DNA of 62,716 nt, the filler included, from Basidiobolus ranarum (lineage: Eukaryota): NCBI GenBank assembly GCA_040143965.1. It is 16 parts of 16 records of this genome, joined end to end, with 100 filler letters (N's around TTAATTAATTAA, not from the genome) between each part and the next. Parts side by side here need not be neighbours in the genome. Positions count along the whole stretch, not along the records: positions 51,061 to 54,881 come from JASJQH010009145.1; positions 54,982 to 58,799 come from JASJQH010009146.1; positions 58,900 to 62,716 come from JASJQH010009147.1; 13 more parts are not named here. The stretch is one strand, 5' to 3'. A program made the position numbers and the translations under genes. Shown piece after piece: positions 51,061-62,716 of this stretch (the first letter of the stretch is position 1; every line of letters begins with the position of its first letter). Under the pieces are notes generated by a model. The model did not search any database, was not told the DNA's origin, and was given only the letters and a program-made list of their open reading frames with translations.

Positions 51061-51326
51061 TCTTAACAAAACTATAAATGTCAACTTTCTACTCAATAAA
51101 TCAATAAGTGAAAACCACCAATTCCTCTAATTCTCCAAACCACTTCCAACAGGCTCCCAAATACTTTAACATCTGGGACCTTCCTTAACATATTCTACAC
51201 GTTAGTTTGTTTACATCTTGATGAAACTATAAATGTCAACTTTCTACTCAATAAATCAATAAGTGAAAACCACCAATTCCTCTAATTCTCCAAACCACTT
51301 CCAACAGGCTCCCAAATACTTTAACA
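51061..51326 (+). mobile_element. Two tandem copies of the family-1 LTR 3' end (51061-51171 and 51172-51326)
   Basis: The terminal ~100 bp ending ATACTTTAACA occurs twice, essentially identical. Confidence 0.88.
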
Positions 51327-51755
51327 TCAATGAATTTGAATCCTTTCCTAAACCTTACCTTAATACTATTACTGCTTAGAAAAGTATCATAAATGGTAGT
51401 ATAAGAATTGCTGATCTTAGAAATATAACAACTTGTAAGTGAATGAAGAGAGGTAAGTTGATATGTAATATGAATGAGCCAGAAATAGCTACAATAGCTA
51501 CCTATCTAGATTGTTCACCTACTGTCCAATTTATTGTCCAGATACTTGAATCTATCAAGCAGTATATCTCCTCTTAAGTTGTTCCAGAATGATTTATACT
51601 CAACTCAATTCTGTTAAGATTACCCTAGGAGCATCTAAGTATGTATTTGGAAGTAAGCAGTTGACACCTTTCTACTACAATGTGGGAATAATCTCTTGCA
51701 TTTAAATATTACTCTCATGGCCTCATTTGTATGAAAAATACATTAAACACAAATA

Positions 51756-52083
51756 TGTTGAAGTATTTTGGGTATATGTTGGAAGTGGTTTCAAGAACTA
51801 GAAGAATTGATGGTTTTGATTTACTAATTTATAGAGCGGAATGTTAACATTTGTAGTTCTGCCAAGATGTAAATAAACAAACGTGTGGAGTGTGTTCAAA
51901 GGATCCCAGGAACATGTGTGAAAAGTTTAGCGCTTCTAGCACGAGTTTGAAAAATCTATATGTCTGAGAACTTTTAAGTAAAATCCATTGAGAATAGTGG
52001 GTGATATCTTAATGAAATATGGAATAACTAAATATTAAGCTATATATGACTATATAGATGTTTAGGCTATGTTAATTTCAACA
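51756..52083 (-). mobile_element. Family-1 LTR, older copy
   Basis: TGTTGAA...TTTCAACA termini; colinear with 15890-16232. Confidence 0.82.
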
Positions 52084-54981
52084 GTGGGATGTTTGTTTTC
52101 TGAAGACTAAGACTACAAATCCCACAGAAATAGTAAGTCAAAATCTGACAGTTTTCTGACCCTTGTTGTTAACAGTTCTTGTAGCCACCTTAACGACTAT
52201 ATTAGGGCCTGTATGGATGCTCGCATTATTATTATGACGAAGGGATATCAAGTTTTAAGATAGCTTAATGATGGCGGCAGTTCTCTTAGTCCCGACGCTG
52301 AAAATGTTGAAGCCAAAGCTAAAAGATTAAGAATTATGAATTTTACATGGTAATGAAAGCTAGTAACATATGCGTTGAATAATCTTCGATACTTCTCCAT
52401 TTCTAGTAGGAATTGATAGAAAATAACAGGATGTAAATGTCGAAGTTAGTAACATAACAGCATTAGGGCACATGTATTAAATAAGAAACACGATGAATTG
52501 TATTTGCTACCCCATCACGCCATTCTAATGCATTTCCCATATTTTTATTACGGTATAGTTGCAAGCAAAGTGTTATCATTTTGCATATCAAGTTTCGATT
52601 TTTGGCTGAGGATCTTGCAAAAGGTACTGTAGGACCTGCGTAGACTTTGTATAAATTGCACCACACCAACGCGACCCGCAGCAGTATTCCCCAATCTTTT
52701 CTTGATGCTAGATAACAGAAAACTGCGGTTGTTACGTAAATAAATATGTACCCTACGTATATGTCTATTGAGATGACTCTCCACTGCAGAACAATCATCA
52801 CAAAGGTCACAGCTTAACAAACTGGTCTTGGTCAAGTCATAATTTTAACATTTATACTCGAAATACTTTGGCATGAGTAATTCTCAATACGCATTTACGA
52901 TATAACTCCGCCTACTTCTGCTTCCATATTGAGTACTTATCCTCTTGGTATCGCTAAAGGATTTCTGACTATTCAGGATGGTCAACGACAGAAAGTTGGC
53001 TAGTTCACCTTATGTCTATAAAAAACTTGTTGGATGTCTAATCGGCATCGCCAACAAATAGATCAAAGTATTGAATCTATTTGACTTGATGTCCCCAGTG
53101 TCGAGCATACTCCAATCATTAAATTCAAGTAATAGATCATCTTTGGTTGTCACTTATGTGATGCATAACTCTATATTCCAGCCTATAATGACTTCCTAAG
53201 AGAACAAAGTTTTGGGTTTACAGCAGATTATCCGGTAATACTCGACTGGTCAGGGTGGGTGAGGCAAGGGCGGGATTTTATTTGTTCAGCACAGGATTCT
53301 AAGCACAGCCTGTCTGTCCCACTATATAACTCAGATTTTACATAACTCAGGTTCGATTGGTTCGAGCAAGATTTGTAACAGCTAACAAGTAAATGATAGT
53401 ATCAACACACTAGTGCATACTATTCCGAAATGTCATCATCGTTTGGTAGCTGTTACACAGTTTGCGACATTTACAAGATTTGTGGACATTCACTTTTACC
53501 TATAGCGTATGATTGTTGCGTGTTCCCCTTTATACGTCACCGGTTTCTTTTTCGAGAGGATAGTTCATCCTTTTTTTTCGAGAGTCCATTCATAGACCTG
53601 AGCATCTTTCCCATATTTGCTATAGCATGGAAACCTCATATAACCACTTTAGCGTTTCTACCATGAGCATCACTAATCGGTACTACCTTCAATGAGGCCC
53701 TTCGTTTTAGCCCTTTTGCTACACGAGGGACTCTAACCCCATTTAATAGGAAGCTAATCAATACTAAATCACCAACTGGTTGATCTATACTTGGCGTAGA
53801 TCTGAAATGCGATAATCCAAAGCACTAGTCAATTCCATAAATGTATCAAGATTAATAATGGCCACTAAGCAAAATCCAGTATAACAATAAGGCAGTAACG
53901 CCCAAAGAGCAGTCTACGTTATACGTGAGATAGAATTACTGATTGTATAATCGATACAGATCACAGTCCAACTTATAATTGACCAAAGGCCTGATTACTC
54001 GGTTTATTATTCGAATAGTGCAATAGATGCATAAGCTGTTCATCAACCACCTAACTCTTAGATGATAGATTCGTGATTCGTCTATTGGTGGGGAATTCTT
54101 TAACCAATGAACCCGCCCATCTCTGGAGGCTTACCAGATAAGGATTCTGGTTGATGGATAGTATCCACATCATCTAGTTACCAATTTATGTATCTGAACA
54201 AACGTGCCATTCCCTCATGTGTAACGAAATATTCAGTTTGTGATGGTTAGATTCCGAAATAGCGGAGAACAAGGATACTGCGAGTTAAATCGCAATATCA
54301 AGAGTAGCACATATGTGCTCAATCTGGTGGACTATTGAATAAGAGACACCTTGCATCATGAGGACTGGGATAAGTATGAGCTAGGTAAAGTACATGGTGT
54401 TAAGAGTAAAGATAAGCTACTAGCTATCGGAACTCCACTGGTGAACAAAATTCGGTAAACCGGTGTGGGGCTATAAGTAAGCACCGACCCTATTTTAGGC
54501 CCAAGAATAAATGGGCCCAAGCAATTAAAATAAACACAGTTTCTGTTCATCTTTTAAAAATATCGTAGAATCCCCAAAATAAGCACAGTATCTCCATTGA
54601 CCATTCGTCCTGGCAAGATTCCAACTCCACCTGTATTCATTCTCTTCTCACGGCCTAGTGATGGCAATGGAATGCAATCTGTCACCCAATTGACTCTTCT
54701 TGCCCATCGAGCAGTGACTGGGAAGGGTGAGGCCATCTTATTGGACCAATCACCTGCTGTAGCTGGGAATACTAACTGGGCCAAACGTCATGGTTACAGA
54801 TGTTAAAACATAAGAAATGGACCCAATGCGGTAATGCATTCATGGCTGATTCTTGATGGCTTTGTTGTATCTCAGGAGATTNNNNNNNNNNNNNNNNNNN
54901 NNNNNNNNNNNNNNNNNNNNNNNNNTTAATTAATTAANNNNNNNNNNNNNNNNNNNNNNNNNNNNNNNNNNNNNNNNNNNN

Positions 54982-56669
54982 TACCACTTTGTAGCTTTCT
55001 ATACTGATGTTGAGGCTGTATGTAGGAGGAAGCCTTATGAGACAAGAAGAGGGAGACTCCTTGGGCGCTAGTGGCCGATACGAAAGCCCCTGTTTCAGGT
55101 ATCTCAGTATAATCCTTGGAATAGCTTAGATGAGGAGTAAGAGTTCTTTTAACTTTCACTTTATCCAAAGCATCATTTTTAGAACGGAGAGTTTTACGGG
55201 GTGGAGATATCGCTAAAAGAAAGCAGATGTTTAGCCTTCACAGTAGACGCTACAATTCTTGAGAAATAAATCAAGCTCTTACTTTTTATACTTTCAATGG
55301 CCTCTCCGGTGGTTTCAAGTTCCGCTACACTGATAGCAAAATCATTGTCATCTAAAATTCGTTTCTTAGGATTCACCTGGGTGGTTTCTTTTTCAAGTGA
55401 AAGTAATTCTTGATATTCTTCAGATTCACCGGGATAGGTGTACATCTCTTGTAGGTCTGGATCATCTAGATCTTCCGGTATGTCCATGAATAAGGAGGTC
55501 GGTTCAGGCGTAGGATTTTCCTTTTCTTTCCCTTTCCCTTTATCCTTATTGTCAACCGGAATGGAGATTTCACTGGAATCCAGAGAGTATTGAGAAGGTT
55601 GAGAATCTGGAAACAAGCTAACATTTGTATTTTGTGAATCCAAAGTATCTTCAAACTTGTTATCTGGATTCTTAGGGAATTGAAAGGTTGATAAATTAGG
55701 TTGAGTGAAATTGGTTGCAAATAAACCACCCAATTTCCCAGTGTTAAGATTCCGAAGGTTTGGATGATGGGAATCTTGTCCAGGAGGAATTTCATCATCT
55801 TCTTCATCATCACTTAAGAATAAAAAATTCGTCGACATCTTGGGCTCTTGGGGAGGAATAGAAGATGTATTCAGTTTGGATGGCTCTTCTTCGGTATCTA
55901 TTGAGATGGATACGTCTGTAAGTGTTGAATTTAAGGGAAGTTCTTTCTCAAGCAAAGTGTCAGGTCTAATATCGATACTAGACGAACGTTCCATTGGAAT
56001 TAGATCGGATGCTAACTGGGAGGTTGGTGTAGATACTGGAATGGATTCTTCATCGATAGAAATGGCTTGTGAGTTAAATTCTTCGAATGTTCCTTGTGAT
56101 ATGAATTCCTCGACATCCGAAGGTGGTAACAAATCTAAACTATGTTGTTGATGGTTCGATTCATAATCCATTGGATGATTTTGAGATACACTCATTACCA
56201 ACAATTCATCGTCTTCATCTGACTCATGAGTTTGAAAAGATTTATAGTTGGTTGGTGAAGAAGCTGGAAATCCTGAATGACCGTTATGTTCTCCTTCTGA
56301 AGTGAATAATATACTTCTATCTGGAACTCCTATAATAACAGCCATAAATAATTGGTGAATAAGTTGTTTCATAGTTCATATAACATTTGATAGAAGGTAT
56401 CATGTCTAAGTGTTGACGGGTCCTTACCTGGTGGACTACTAGAGAATGGATTTGGGAATACCAATTTTTTGGCTTTTTTAAAGTTATATTTCGCTTCTAT
56501 TCGAGTGAAAGTAATAGGAAACTCTAGGTTAAGAATCAGGGAAGCGAAAGTACAAAGAAGAGGAAAGTATTTTACCATTTAAAGAAGTTTCCCCAGTAAC
56601 ACTTTCAAATTCAGCCAAAGCTTCTAAAGCATCTTCATCTTCCAAAAGGTCCGATTCTGGTTGTGACAT
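54982..56669 (-). CDS. 5' part of a protein with a long acidic disordered N-terminus, three introns, truncated by the contig edge; possibly CTF18
   Basis: ATG at 56669 (MSQPESDLLEDEDALEALAEFE); frame-preserving GT-AG introns link it to the 392-aa ORF and the last exon. The CTF18 guess rests only on recollection of a YxxxPxxGxFxxAT segment. Confidence 0.75.
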
Positions 56670-57128
56670 GGTAAGAAGGGAATATATCGGTCGTAAGTTT
56701 TCTTCAATTATTTAGTGATATACTATTGCTAAAATTAAGGCTTGGAGTTGCCTTCGTGAAACTGACTATATAAGGTCTCGAGGTGATTTTTTTTAGCAAA
56801 GTGATATGAAGTGAAGTCGGGAATTTCGTTCTTTGGATTTTACTTTTCTAGTTTTGTTTACTTTCACTTGCTACCTGAAGTTCTCTTCTCCCCCTCAACA
56901 CTGATTAAAATCATCAGCAATAAGTAAACAAACAACATCCAATGGAAATTATTCTCAGCCAATCAATATGAAATATACAAAAAAGCACTAGAGCAGGTAT
57001 AGATGGACGGTATAACTAGAGAATATATATTACAAGCAGAGCCAATAAGAAGTCGTAAAGGGAATTTATATTAGGTATATAAATCAAAATCGATATGTAT
57101 TAGAAATAGACCAGTGCACAAAGACCAC

Positions 57129-58799
57129 TTATTGCGTCCACTGGTTGAGCCATCGTAGAACTTCCGAATGCCAACGAAGAGAATTGGCATGCTTCGATAC
57201 CCAATGGTTCTCATCGGGGAAGTAGACTAATCGAGAGGGAATGTTTTGTCTTTGTAAAGCTGTAAATGTGGAGAAACCTTCACCATCTACTAGACGATAA
57301 TCTTTTCCACCATGAATGACCAATGTGGGTGTTCGCCAATATTGAACATAGTTAGCAGGTGACCATTTATCATAGATTTTCTTGGCTTCGGACTCCCATG
57401 GCTTCCCACCAAACTCCCACTCGTGGAACCAAAGCTCTTCAGTGGAGTAGTAGGTACTAGCGCTGGAAAACATCCCATCGTGATTGACGAGACATTTGAA
57501 ACGATGTGTATGACCATTGAACCAGTTCATCATGTAACCTCCATAGCTAGCACCTAAAGCGCAAACTCGGCTTTTGTCGGTGAACCTGTACCTTTCAAAA
57601 ACATAGTCAAGGCCTTTCATAAGATCTTCATATGGAAGACCACCCCAGTTACGTGAAATCTCATCGGTAAATTTTTGTCCATACCCGGTCGAACCCCGCG
57701 GATTGATGGCGATCATAACATTGCCAGCTGAAGCGTAGATTTGTGGATTCCAACGACTGCTCCAGGAATCGGTCCAAGCGCCTTGGGGACCACCATGGAC
57801 TAGAAAGGCTACTGGGTATTTTTTTTTGGGATCAAAGTCGAATGGTTTAAGAATCCAACCATGAACTTTATCTCCTTTAGCTCCAGTAAACCAGAAGTCT
57901 TCTGGTTCCGGTAAGTAGAGGTCTTTAGTCGCATGGATGTGGGATAGTTGTTTAAGATTCGTTCCGTTGATTTTCATTGTGTAAAACTCGTTGGGATGAT
58001 GCATCGCATTTTGAGTTAAAAATAGGGTATCTTCATTAAGAACAGACACTGAGGCTGTGCTTCCCTTTTGGGTGATGGCTTGAATTTTACCATCACGAAT
58101 ATTGGCAGCAAATAATTTTACTCGACCATACTCTTGAGTAGGAAGATAGAGTGTTTTTGAATCGAATGACCATGCAATACTGTTAGGACTACGATCCCAG
58201 TTCTTGTTGTAATAACTAGACTTTTGTTTAGTACGATCATGCAAGATTATGCGTTTGCGATCAGATTCGAATCCACGCCGCTCCATTTGTAACCATGCTA
58301 ATGTTTTACCATCTGGCGAGTATGCTGGCGACGCCGTTTGCCCAGCATTTTGATCAGTTAAAGATTTGGGAGATTTGCCTCCATTCGATGGAACAACGTA
58401 TACGTTGATATCAGTCTCCCAAGCTTGATCCCTTCCAGGCCTTTTGGAGATGAAGGCTATTTCTTTACCATCTGGGGAAATATCATAGTCACCGGCATCA
58501 CCAAAGGGATCAACGGGAGATTCCAGTTCCACTTTAGCCATAACATTGATAGGATTACCAACCACTCCATAGTTTCCATTTTTCTTGCGGAGTTTAATAG
58601 TGAAGATGTTTTGTTTTTTCTCAGTCACGAAGTGATCCCAGTGTCTGACGAAAAGTTTGTCATATATTAAGGCGGTATCGGTTCTTTTTGCATTAGCTTT
58701 ATCTATTAGTACTGCTTTTTCAATATTTCCATCTGCATATACCCCGGTGGAGAATACAAACAAACTCGTATGGGAGTTATACTTGATATTACCAATATC
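57129..58799 (-). CDS. DPP5: Dipeptidyl peptidase 5 (S9C serine peptidase), 5' end missing
   Basis: LFVRHWD, VHGGPQGAW, GASYGG catalytic Ser, HGGKDYR, FPDENHWV. Confidence 0.93.
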   Translation of the reverse strand, partial: DIGNIKYNSHTSLFVFSTGVYADGNIEKAVLIDKANAKRTDTALIYDKLFVRHWDHFVTEKKQNIFTIKLRKKNGNYGVVGNPINVMAKVELESPVDPFGDAGDYDISPDGKEIAFISKRPGRDQAWETDINVYVVPSNGGKSPKSLTDQNAGQTASPAYSPDGKTLAWLQMERRGFESDRKRIILHDRTKQKSSYYNKNWDRSPNSIAWSFDSKTLYLPTQEYGRVKLFAANIRDGKIQAITQKGSTASVSVLNEDTLFLTQNAMHHPNEFYTMKINGTNLKQLSHIHATKDLYLPEPEDFWFTGAKGDKVHGWILKPFDFDPKKKYPVAFLVHGGPQGAWTDSWSSRWNPQIYASAGNVMIAINPRGSTGYGQKFTDEISRNWGGLPYEDLMKGLDYVFERYRFTDKSRVCALGASYGGYMMNWFNGHTHRFKCLVNHDGMFSSASTYYSTEELWFHEWEFGGKPWESEAKKIYDKWSPANYVQYWRTPTLVIHGGKDYRLVDGEGFSTFTALQRQNIPSRLVYFPDENHWVSKHANSLRWHSEVLRWLNQWTQ

Positions 58800-59266
58800 N
58801 NNNNNNNNNNNNNNNNNNNNNNNNNNNNNNNNNNNNNNNNNNNTTAATTAATTAANNNNNNNNNNNNNNNNNNNNNNNNNNNNNNNNNNNNNNNNNNNNT
58901 TTGTCTCCGCCAGTGAGTTTCTTTCAACAACTAGCTATAGCCTCAAGAAGAATATTTGGGGTGATTTGTGTAGAGTTGTAGCACATGGAATGCATCCTTT
59001 GTAATACAATAAGAAAGGTATGTATATAGTGTAGTGTGCGTGTATAATTGGCATTGCAGGGTGGGCCGAATCCGAATTTGAACTGTGCAAGAGAAGTTCT
59101 TGATCCATTGTGGCCCAGAGTGCAATCGCGGAATATTACATATAAGGCAGGTAGTTAGACCGTGAACAATGTATATAACATAGTGTAGTGTAGTGTAGTG
59201 GTCTTCTGCTTGATCTCAATCCTCTTACTGCATGTGCGGATGGTGAGAACCAAAAATTGTTAATAT

Positions 59267-59339
59267 TGGAGATCCAGGGTATCGATCCCTGTGCCTCTCG
59301 CATGCAAAGCGAGCGCTCTACCATCTGAGCTAGAACCCC
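59267..59339 (-). tRNA. tRNA-Ala(TGC)
   Basis: Full cloverleaf; anticodon arm CTCGC-TTTGCAT-GCGAG. Confidence 0.96.
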
Positions 59340-59689
59340 ATGATGTGAAATTAGGGTGTCTGTGGGTGAACATTCCTCATATACCGAGGAATCAATAGCC
59401 TATTTCAGAGCTAGGAAAGTTGGCCATATACAATTCAACACGTTTTGTAGGATATTTTTACAATTCGACATATAATGGAGAATCGATTGCAACGCTATTA
59501 GAACATAGCGCAATATAACACATGCCATCTTACATGTCTATACCAGTCTCCCTTGCAGACTAAAGAGGTTCCCTCCCTCCATCGTATAAAAAATAGGGAT
59601 GGATAGTAGATCCTTTTCATGGCAACACAACAATCATGCGCTATAATGATTATTTGCAAAGTACCATCTAAAAAGATACAAAATCAAAA

Positions 59690-59762
59690 TGGTTCCAGTG
59701 GGGATCGAACCCACGACCTTCTGCGTGTAAAGCAGATGTGATAACCACTACACAATGGAACC
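59690..59762 (-). tRNA. tRNA-Val(TAC)
   Basis: Full cloverleaf; TCTGC-TTTACAC-GCAGA. Confidence 0.96.
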
Positions 59763-60107
59763 TGTTCATACTATGCAATTGCTTACTAGCTACTGGATGG
59801 TTTCGCAAGCTATTTGCTATGAAAAATTAGTAGAAATATGCGACTAAATCAGCATACTACCGCGCTGGATACTGGTATGGGTATATTGGAGATTCTAATG
59901 TGAGCAAGACTTGGTATTAGGGAATTCCTGTCCCTGATACTTTCTGACTTGTCTGTTCATAGTAAGCAATGCAGCAGTGAATTTTGTAAAATATAGCATG
60001 GAGTAAGTGGACTTTGCATATTTACACAAGAAACACACTAATATTCATCAAGTATTTGGAGAGCTCAAATACGCAAACTAAAAAGGAGAGGATTTTTTCC
60101 AAAAATT

Positions 60108-60189
60108 CGTCGGCCACAGGATTTGAACCTGTGCGGGCATAGCCCAATAGATTTCAAGTCTATCTCCTTAACCACTCGGACAGACCGAC
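60108..60189 (-). tRNA. tRNA-Ser(TGA)
   Basis: ATAGA-CTTGAAA-TCTAT with long variable arm GGGC-TAT-GCCC. Confidence 0.96.
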
Positions 60190-60376
60190 AGTTCATGAAT
60201 AAGAGGGTTCAGTTAGAGGCTAATAACGTATGCCTTGCTAGATTTACTTAAAACATTTCCAGCCTTCTGGGGTATGCATGAGTTTCACTTCATTAAATAT
60301 AGTATTTATTTAACCTATATCTATTCAGCTCATAAGAAGCCTTCGAATCTCTCAAAATAATTCAAAAATTAAAGCT

Positions 60377-60448
60377 TGCCTGCAGGCGGGTTTGAACCAC
60401 CGACCTTCAGTTTACAAGACTGACGCACTACCACTGTGCTATACAGGC
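60377..60448 (-). tRNA. tRNA-Thr(TGT)
   Basis: TCAGT-CTTGTAA-ACTGA; intact acceptor and T arms. Confidence 0.95.
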
Positions 60449-60859
60449 TATCCTTCCTACCGGTTGCTTTTTGGTTGCTTAATGAAAAAAGTACTATTCC
60501 ATTTAATTTCGTGTCTATGATATTCCATTCCATTTTATCTGCTTCACCCATCCACAGTTCCTCTGGTGTAAAAGTAGGACAAAGCATGGTGAGTTACTGA
60601 CTACTGCAAACAGCATACTAATTAATCACAATGCACTCAGTCCTTGACATGCCATATACACACTTTTATATATGTATATCCCTCCCACGCACATAGTCCT
60701 TTTCACCACGTTGTTTACATATAAAACTATATCCTTTCAACATAAGCTGCGACGCTAAGGTTATAAGTGCACCTGCATATTCCACTCTATCTCTTTTCTT
60801 TTGAACTATTTATCCATTCGTAACATAATGCTTGAAGGGAGCTTTTGAAAAAGCAAAAT

Positions 60860-60932
60860 TGCTTTCGCTCGGGTTCGAACCGAGGACCTTGTCCGTGTGA
60901 AGGACACGTGATAACCACTACACTACGAAAGC
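60860..60932 (-). tRNA. tRNA-Val(CAC)
   Basis: TGTCC-TTCACAC-GGACA; intact cloverleaf. Confidence 0.96.
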
Positions 60933-61360
60933 CTAATATATTCCAAATTTCAGACATTTTTCTATAGCACTTTATCTATAGTGGAGTTCATCTGATAAAA
61001 AGCTATATGCACCTATGCCTGACAGTCGGTCTACTTAATGAAGAGTGTATTTAATTTATTTTAAATGGGGATCTCTTGATCTTTTCTTGCGCAATACTGT
61101 ATGCATTAGCAATATGCAATATACATTGAGCTCAATATTCTTTTCCATTCTCCTTAGTTATACGAATGAATGTTGCCTTTTAAATGAACCCCAGATATGG
61201 AGGCATAGTGCTTATACTCTTATGTATGCAAATCAAACTTGAGGTTACAGTGGCACAATAAGTCACAGCTTTTATATGAAAATAATCATAGACAAGCGGT
61301 ACATGACCAGCCCATACTCTAATAACTAAAGAATAATCTTTGATTCAACTCGGTTATAAA

Positions 61361-61431
61361 GCCATTGTAGTATAGTGGCAGTACATCGCGTTGTGGCCGC
61401 GTCGACCTCGGTTCGATTCCGAGCAATGGCA
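61361..61431 (+). tRNA. tRNA-His(GTG)
   Basis: GCCATTG/CAATGGC acceptor stem, TTGTGGC loop, followed by a T run. Confidence 0.96.
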
Positions 61432-61640
61432 TACTTTTTTTGCAAGCTTATCACTCTTTTGAGGAGCTGCTCGGGATTAATGTATTGGCTAAATCAGTCC
61501 AGCCCAAATTGAATTCAATTGAGGTGAGTTTTGGTTGAGTTCTTATCAGGGTTCGTAAACAAAGTCATATATAATGCACATCAGGAGGGTTAGAATGAAT
61601 TTGTGTAAGACTATGTTCTTGGGCTGGATATGCAGAGCAT

Positions 61641-61712
61641 GGTTTCGTGGTGTAATGGTTAGCACCCAAGACTCTGAATCTTGTAATCCGAGTTCGATTC
61701 TCGGCGAGACCT
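61641..61712 (+). tRNA. tRNA-Gln(CTG)
   Basis: CAAGA-CTCTGAA-TCTTG; T run downstream. Confidence 0.96.
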
Positions 61713-62143
61713 CTTTTTATTCTCGTTAATTTTTCATTCATTAACATATAAATGAATGGGTCAGTGAGCAGCAACAAACTACTGAACTAAACTAAACTAA
61801 ACTGGCCCAAAATTATTGTTGTAACACCGCTTATTGATTCTTCATTTAGATGGCCGTACCATCTCATCCATTCTGGTCAAATCCTTTAACCACTCTGTTA
61901 ACTCCGAAGGGTTATTTTCAATCTTCTTGAAAGGTGTGCTTAGCCAAGGTTTGTGTAGACCAGGAGGGAGAGAAAATGGAATTCACTACTTCAGCACGTT
62001 TTCACCTATGTAAACCACACCACCACCATCTTCATCCTGGCAATATTCCTTAGGGTTAGTGATAAAAAATCGAACACCGATACAAGACAACCAACGCACT
62101 ATAGAGTGAGTGAAATATTTCGAGCTACTCTATGTCTTAGTAG

Positions 62144-62226
62144 GGTAACATGGCCGAGTTGGTCTAAGGCGCCGCACTCAAGTTGCGGTCTCGTAAGAGG
62201 CGTGAGTTCGAATCTCACTGTTATCA
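62144..62226 (+). tRNA. tRNA-Leu(CAA)
   Basis: CCGCA-CTCAAGT-TGCGG with long variable arm; intronless. Confidence 0.96.
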
Positions 62227-62716
62227 ATATTTTTGGATGAAGCCAGATCGATTTTTCCGTGAGCTTGATGTATGTAGATAGGTGGTATGCGATAGATATA
62301 CTTTGTAGTATCCTTATCTTTAGCTTTAGATGATTTTTGTTTTAACTAGGCCACCCCACATGACTCTCAATAATTAGGATTTACAGACTTTCAAGAAGCT
62401 TCTATTGTTATGATGGGGGTACAGCAGTCAAGTTACAGCATAGCGTAGCGGCGGCGTAGAGTTGTTATCTTTAAATCAAATCATTATTTTTTGTAGACGA
62501 GCATTTGGTTCAGTCGTTTCGTAGTCTGACTGTGGGGTGATGCTAATTCCGTGTAAAATGAAGCCTAGGGTTCGAGTCGCCAAGCATGCAATTTGAGTGA
62601 TGGCCATCTCGCTTACATTGCAAAAACCATAGGGGAGTGGACTCAAACTTTTCATAACAGCTAATCAGGTTTTGAGGCCCATTTGTAATAATAATCTTGA
62701 TTTTTTCCTTCACTAA

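Noticed and set aside
60108..60189. tRNA with anticodon TGA as a TGA-stop suppressor
   Set aside because: Anticodon TGA reads the Ser codon TCA; a suppressor would need anticodon TCA.
59136..61777. ORFs overlapping tRNA genes (59136-59324, 60369-60587, 61565-61777)
   Set aside because: Chance frames across tRNA sequence.

Overview
This window is not one locus. It is 16 unrelated contigs of about 3.8 kb, sorted by length (3836 down to 3817 bp) and joined by artificial 100-bp spacers (N44-TTAATTAATTAA-N44), so adjacency across spacers means nothing. The source is an AT-rich, intron-containing eukaryote. Gene content (AA11 LPMO with a CBM19-like module, class 3 lipase, DPP5, short introns) points to an early-diverging fungus, probably Zoopagomycota (inference). 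About half the contigs are decayed transposons: Ty1/copia LTR retrotransposons with two LTR families (one with a Ty5-like half-tRNA primer site) and a CACTA/EnSpm-type DNA transposon. These repeats are almost devoid of CpG, whereas genes keep it. Gene contigs carry two tandem secreted Gly/Asp/His/Tyr-rich proteins, mitochondrial ribosomal protein uS15m, a lipase and an LPMO that both contain premature stops, MSH2 (3' part), histone H2B, RPL34, a 56-aa MLRQ/NDUFA4-like small ORF, a DPP5 peptidase (3' part), an LSU rRNA fragment (probable NUMT) and a cluster of eight intronless tRNA genes. I found no demonstrably new biological system. The best leads are the CpG-directed erosion of repeats, the triple-TGA LPMO, the Gly-rich secreted pair, the two-gene CACTA-like element and the tRNA cluster. 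All identifications are by eye from motifs; repeat boundaries are approximate.
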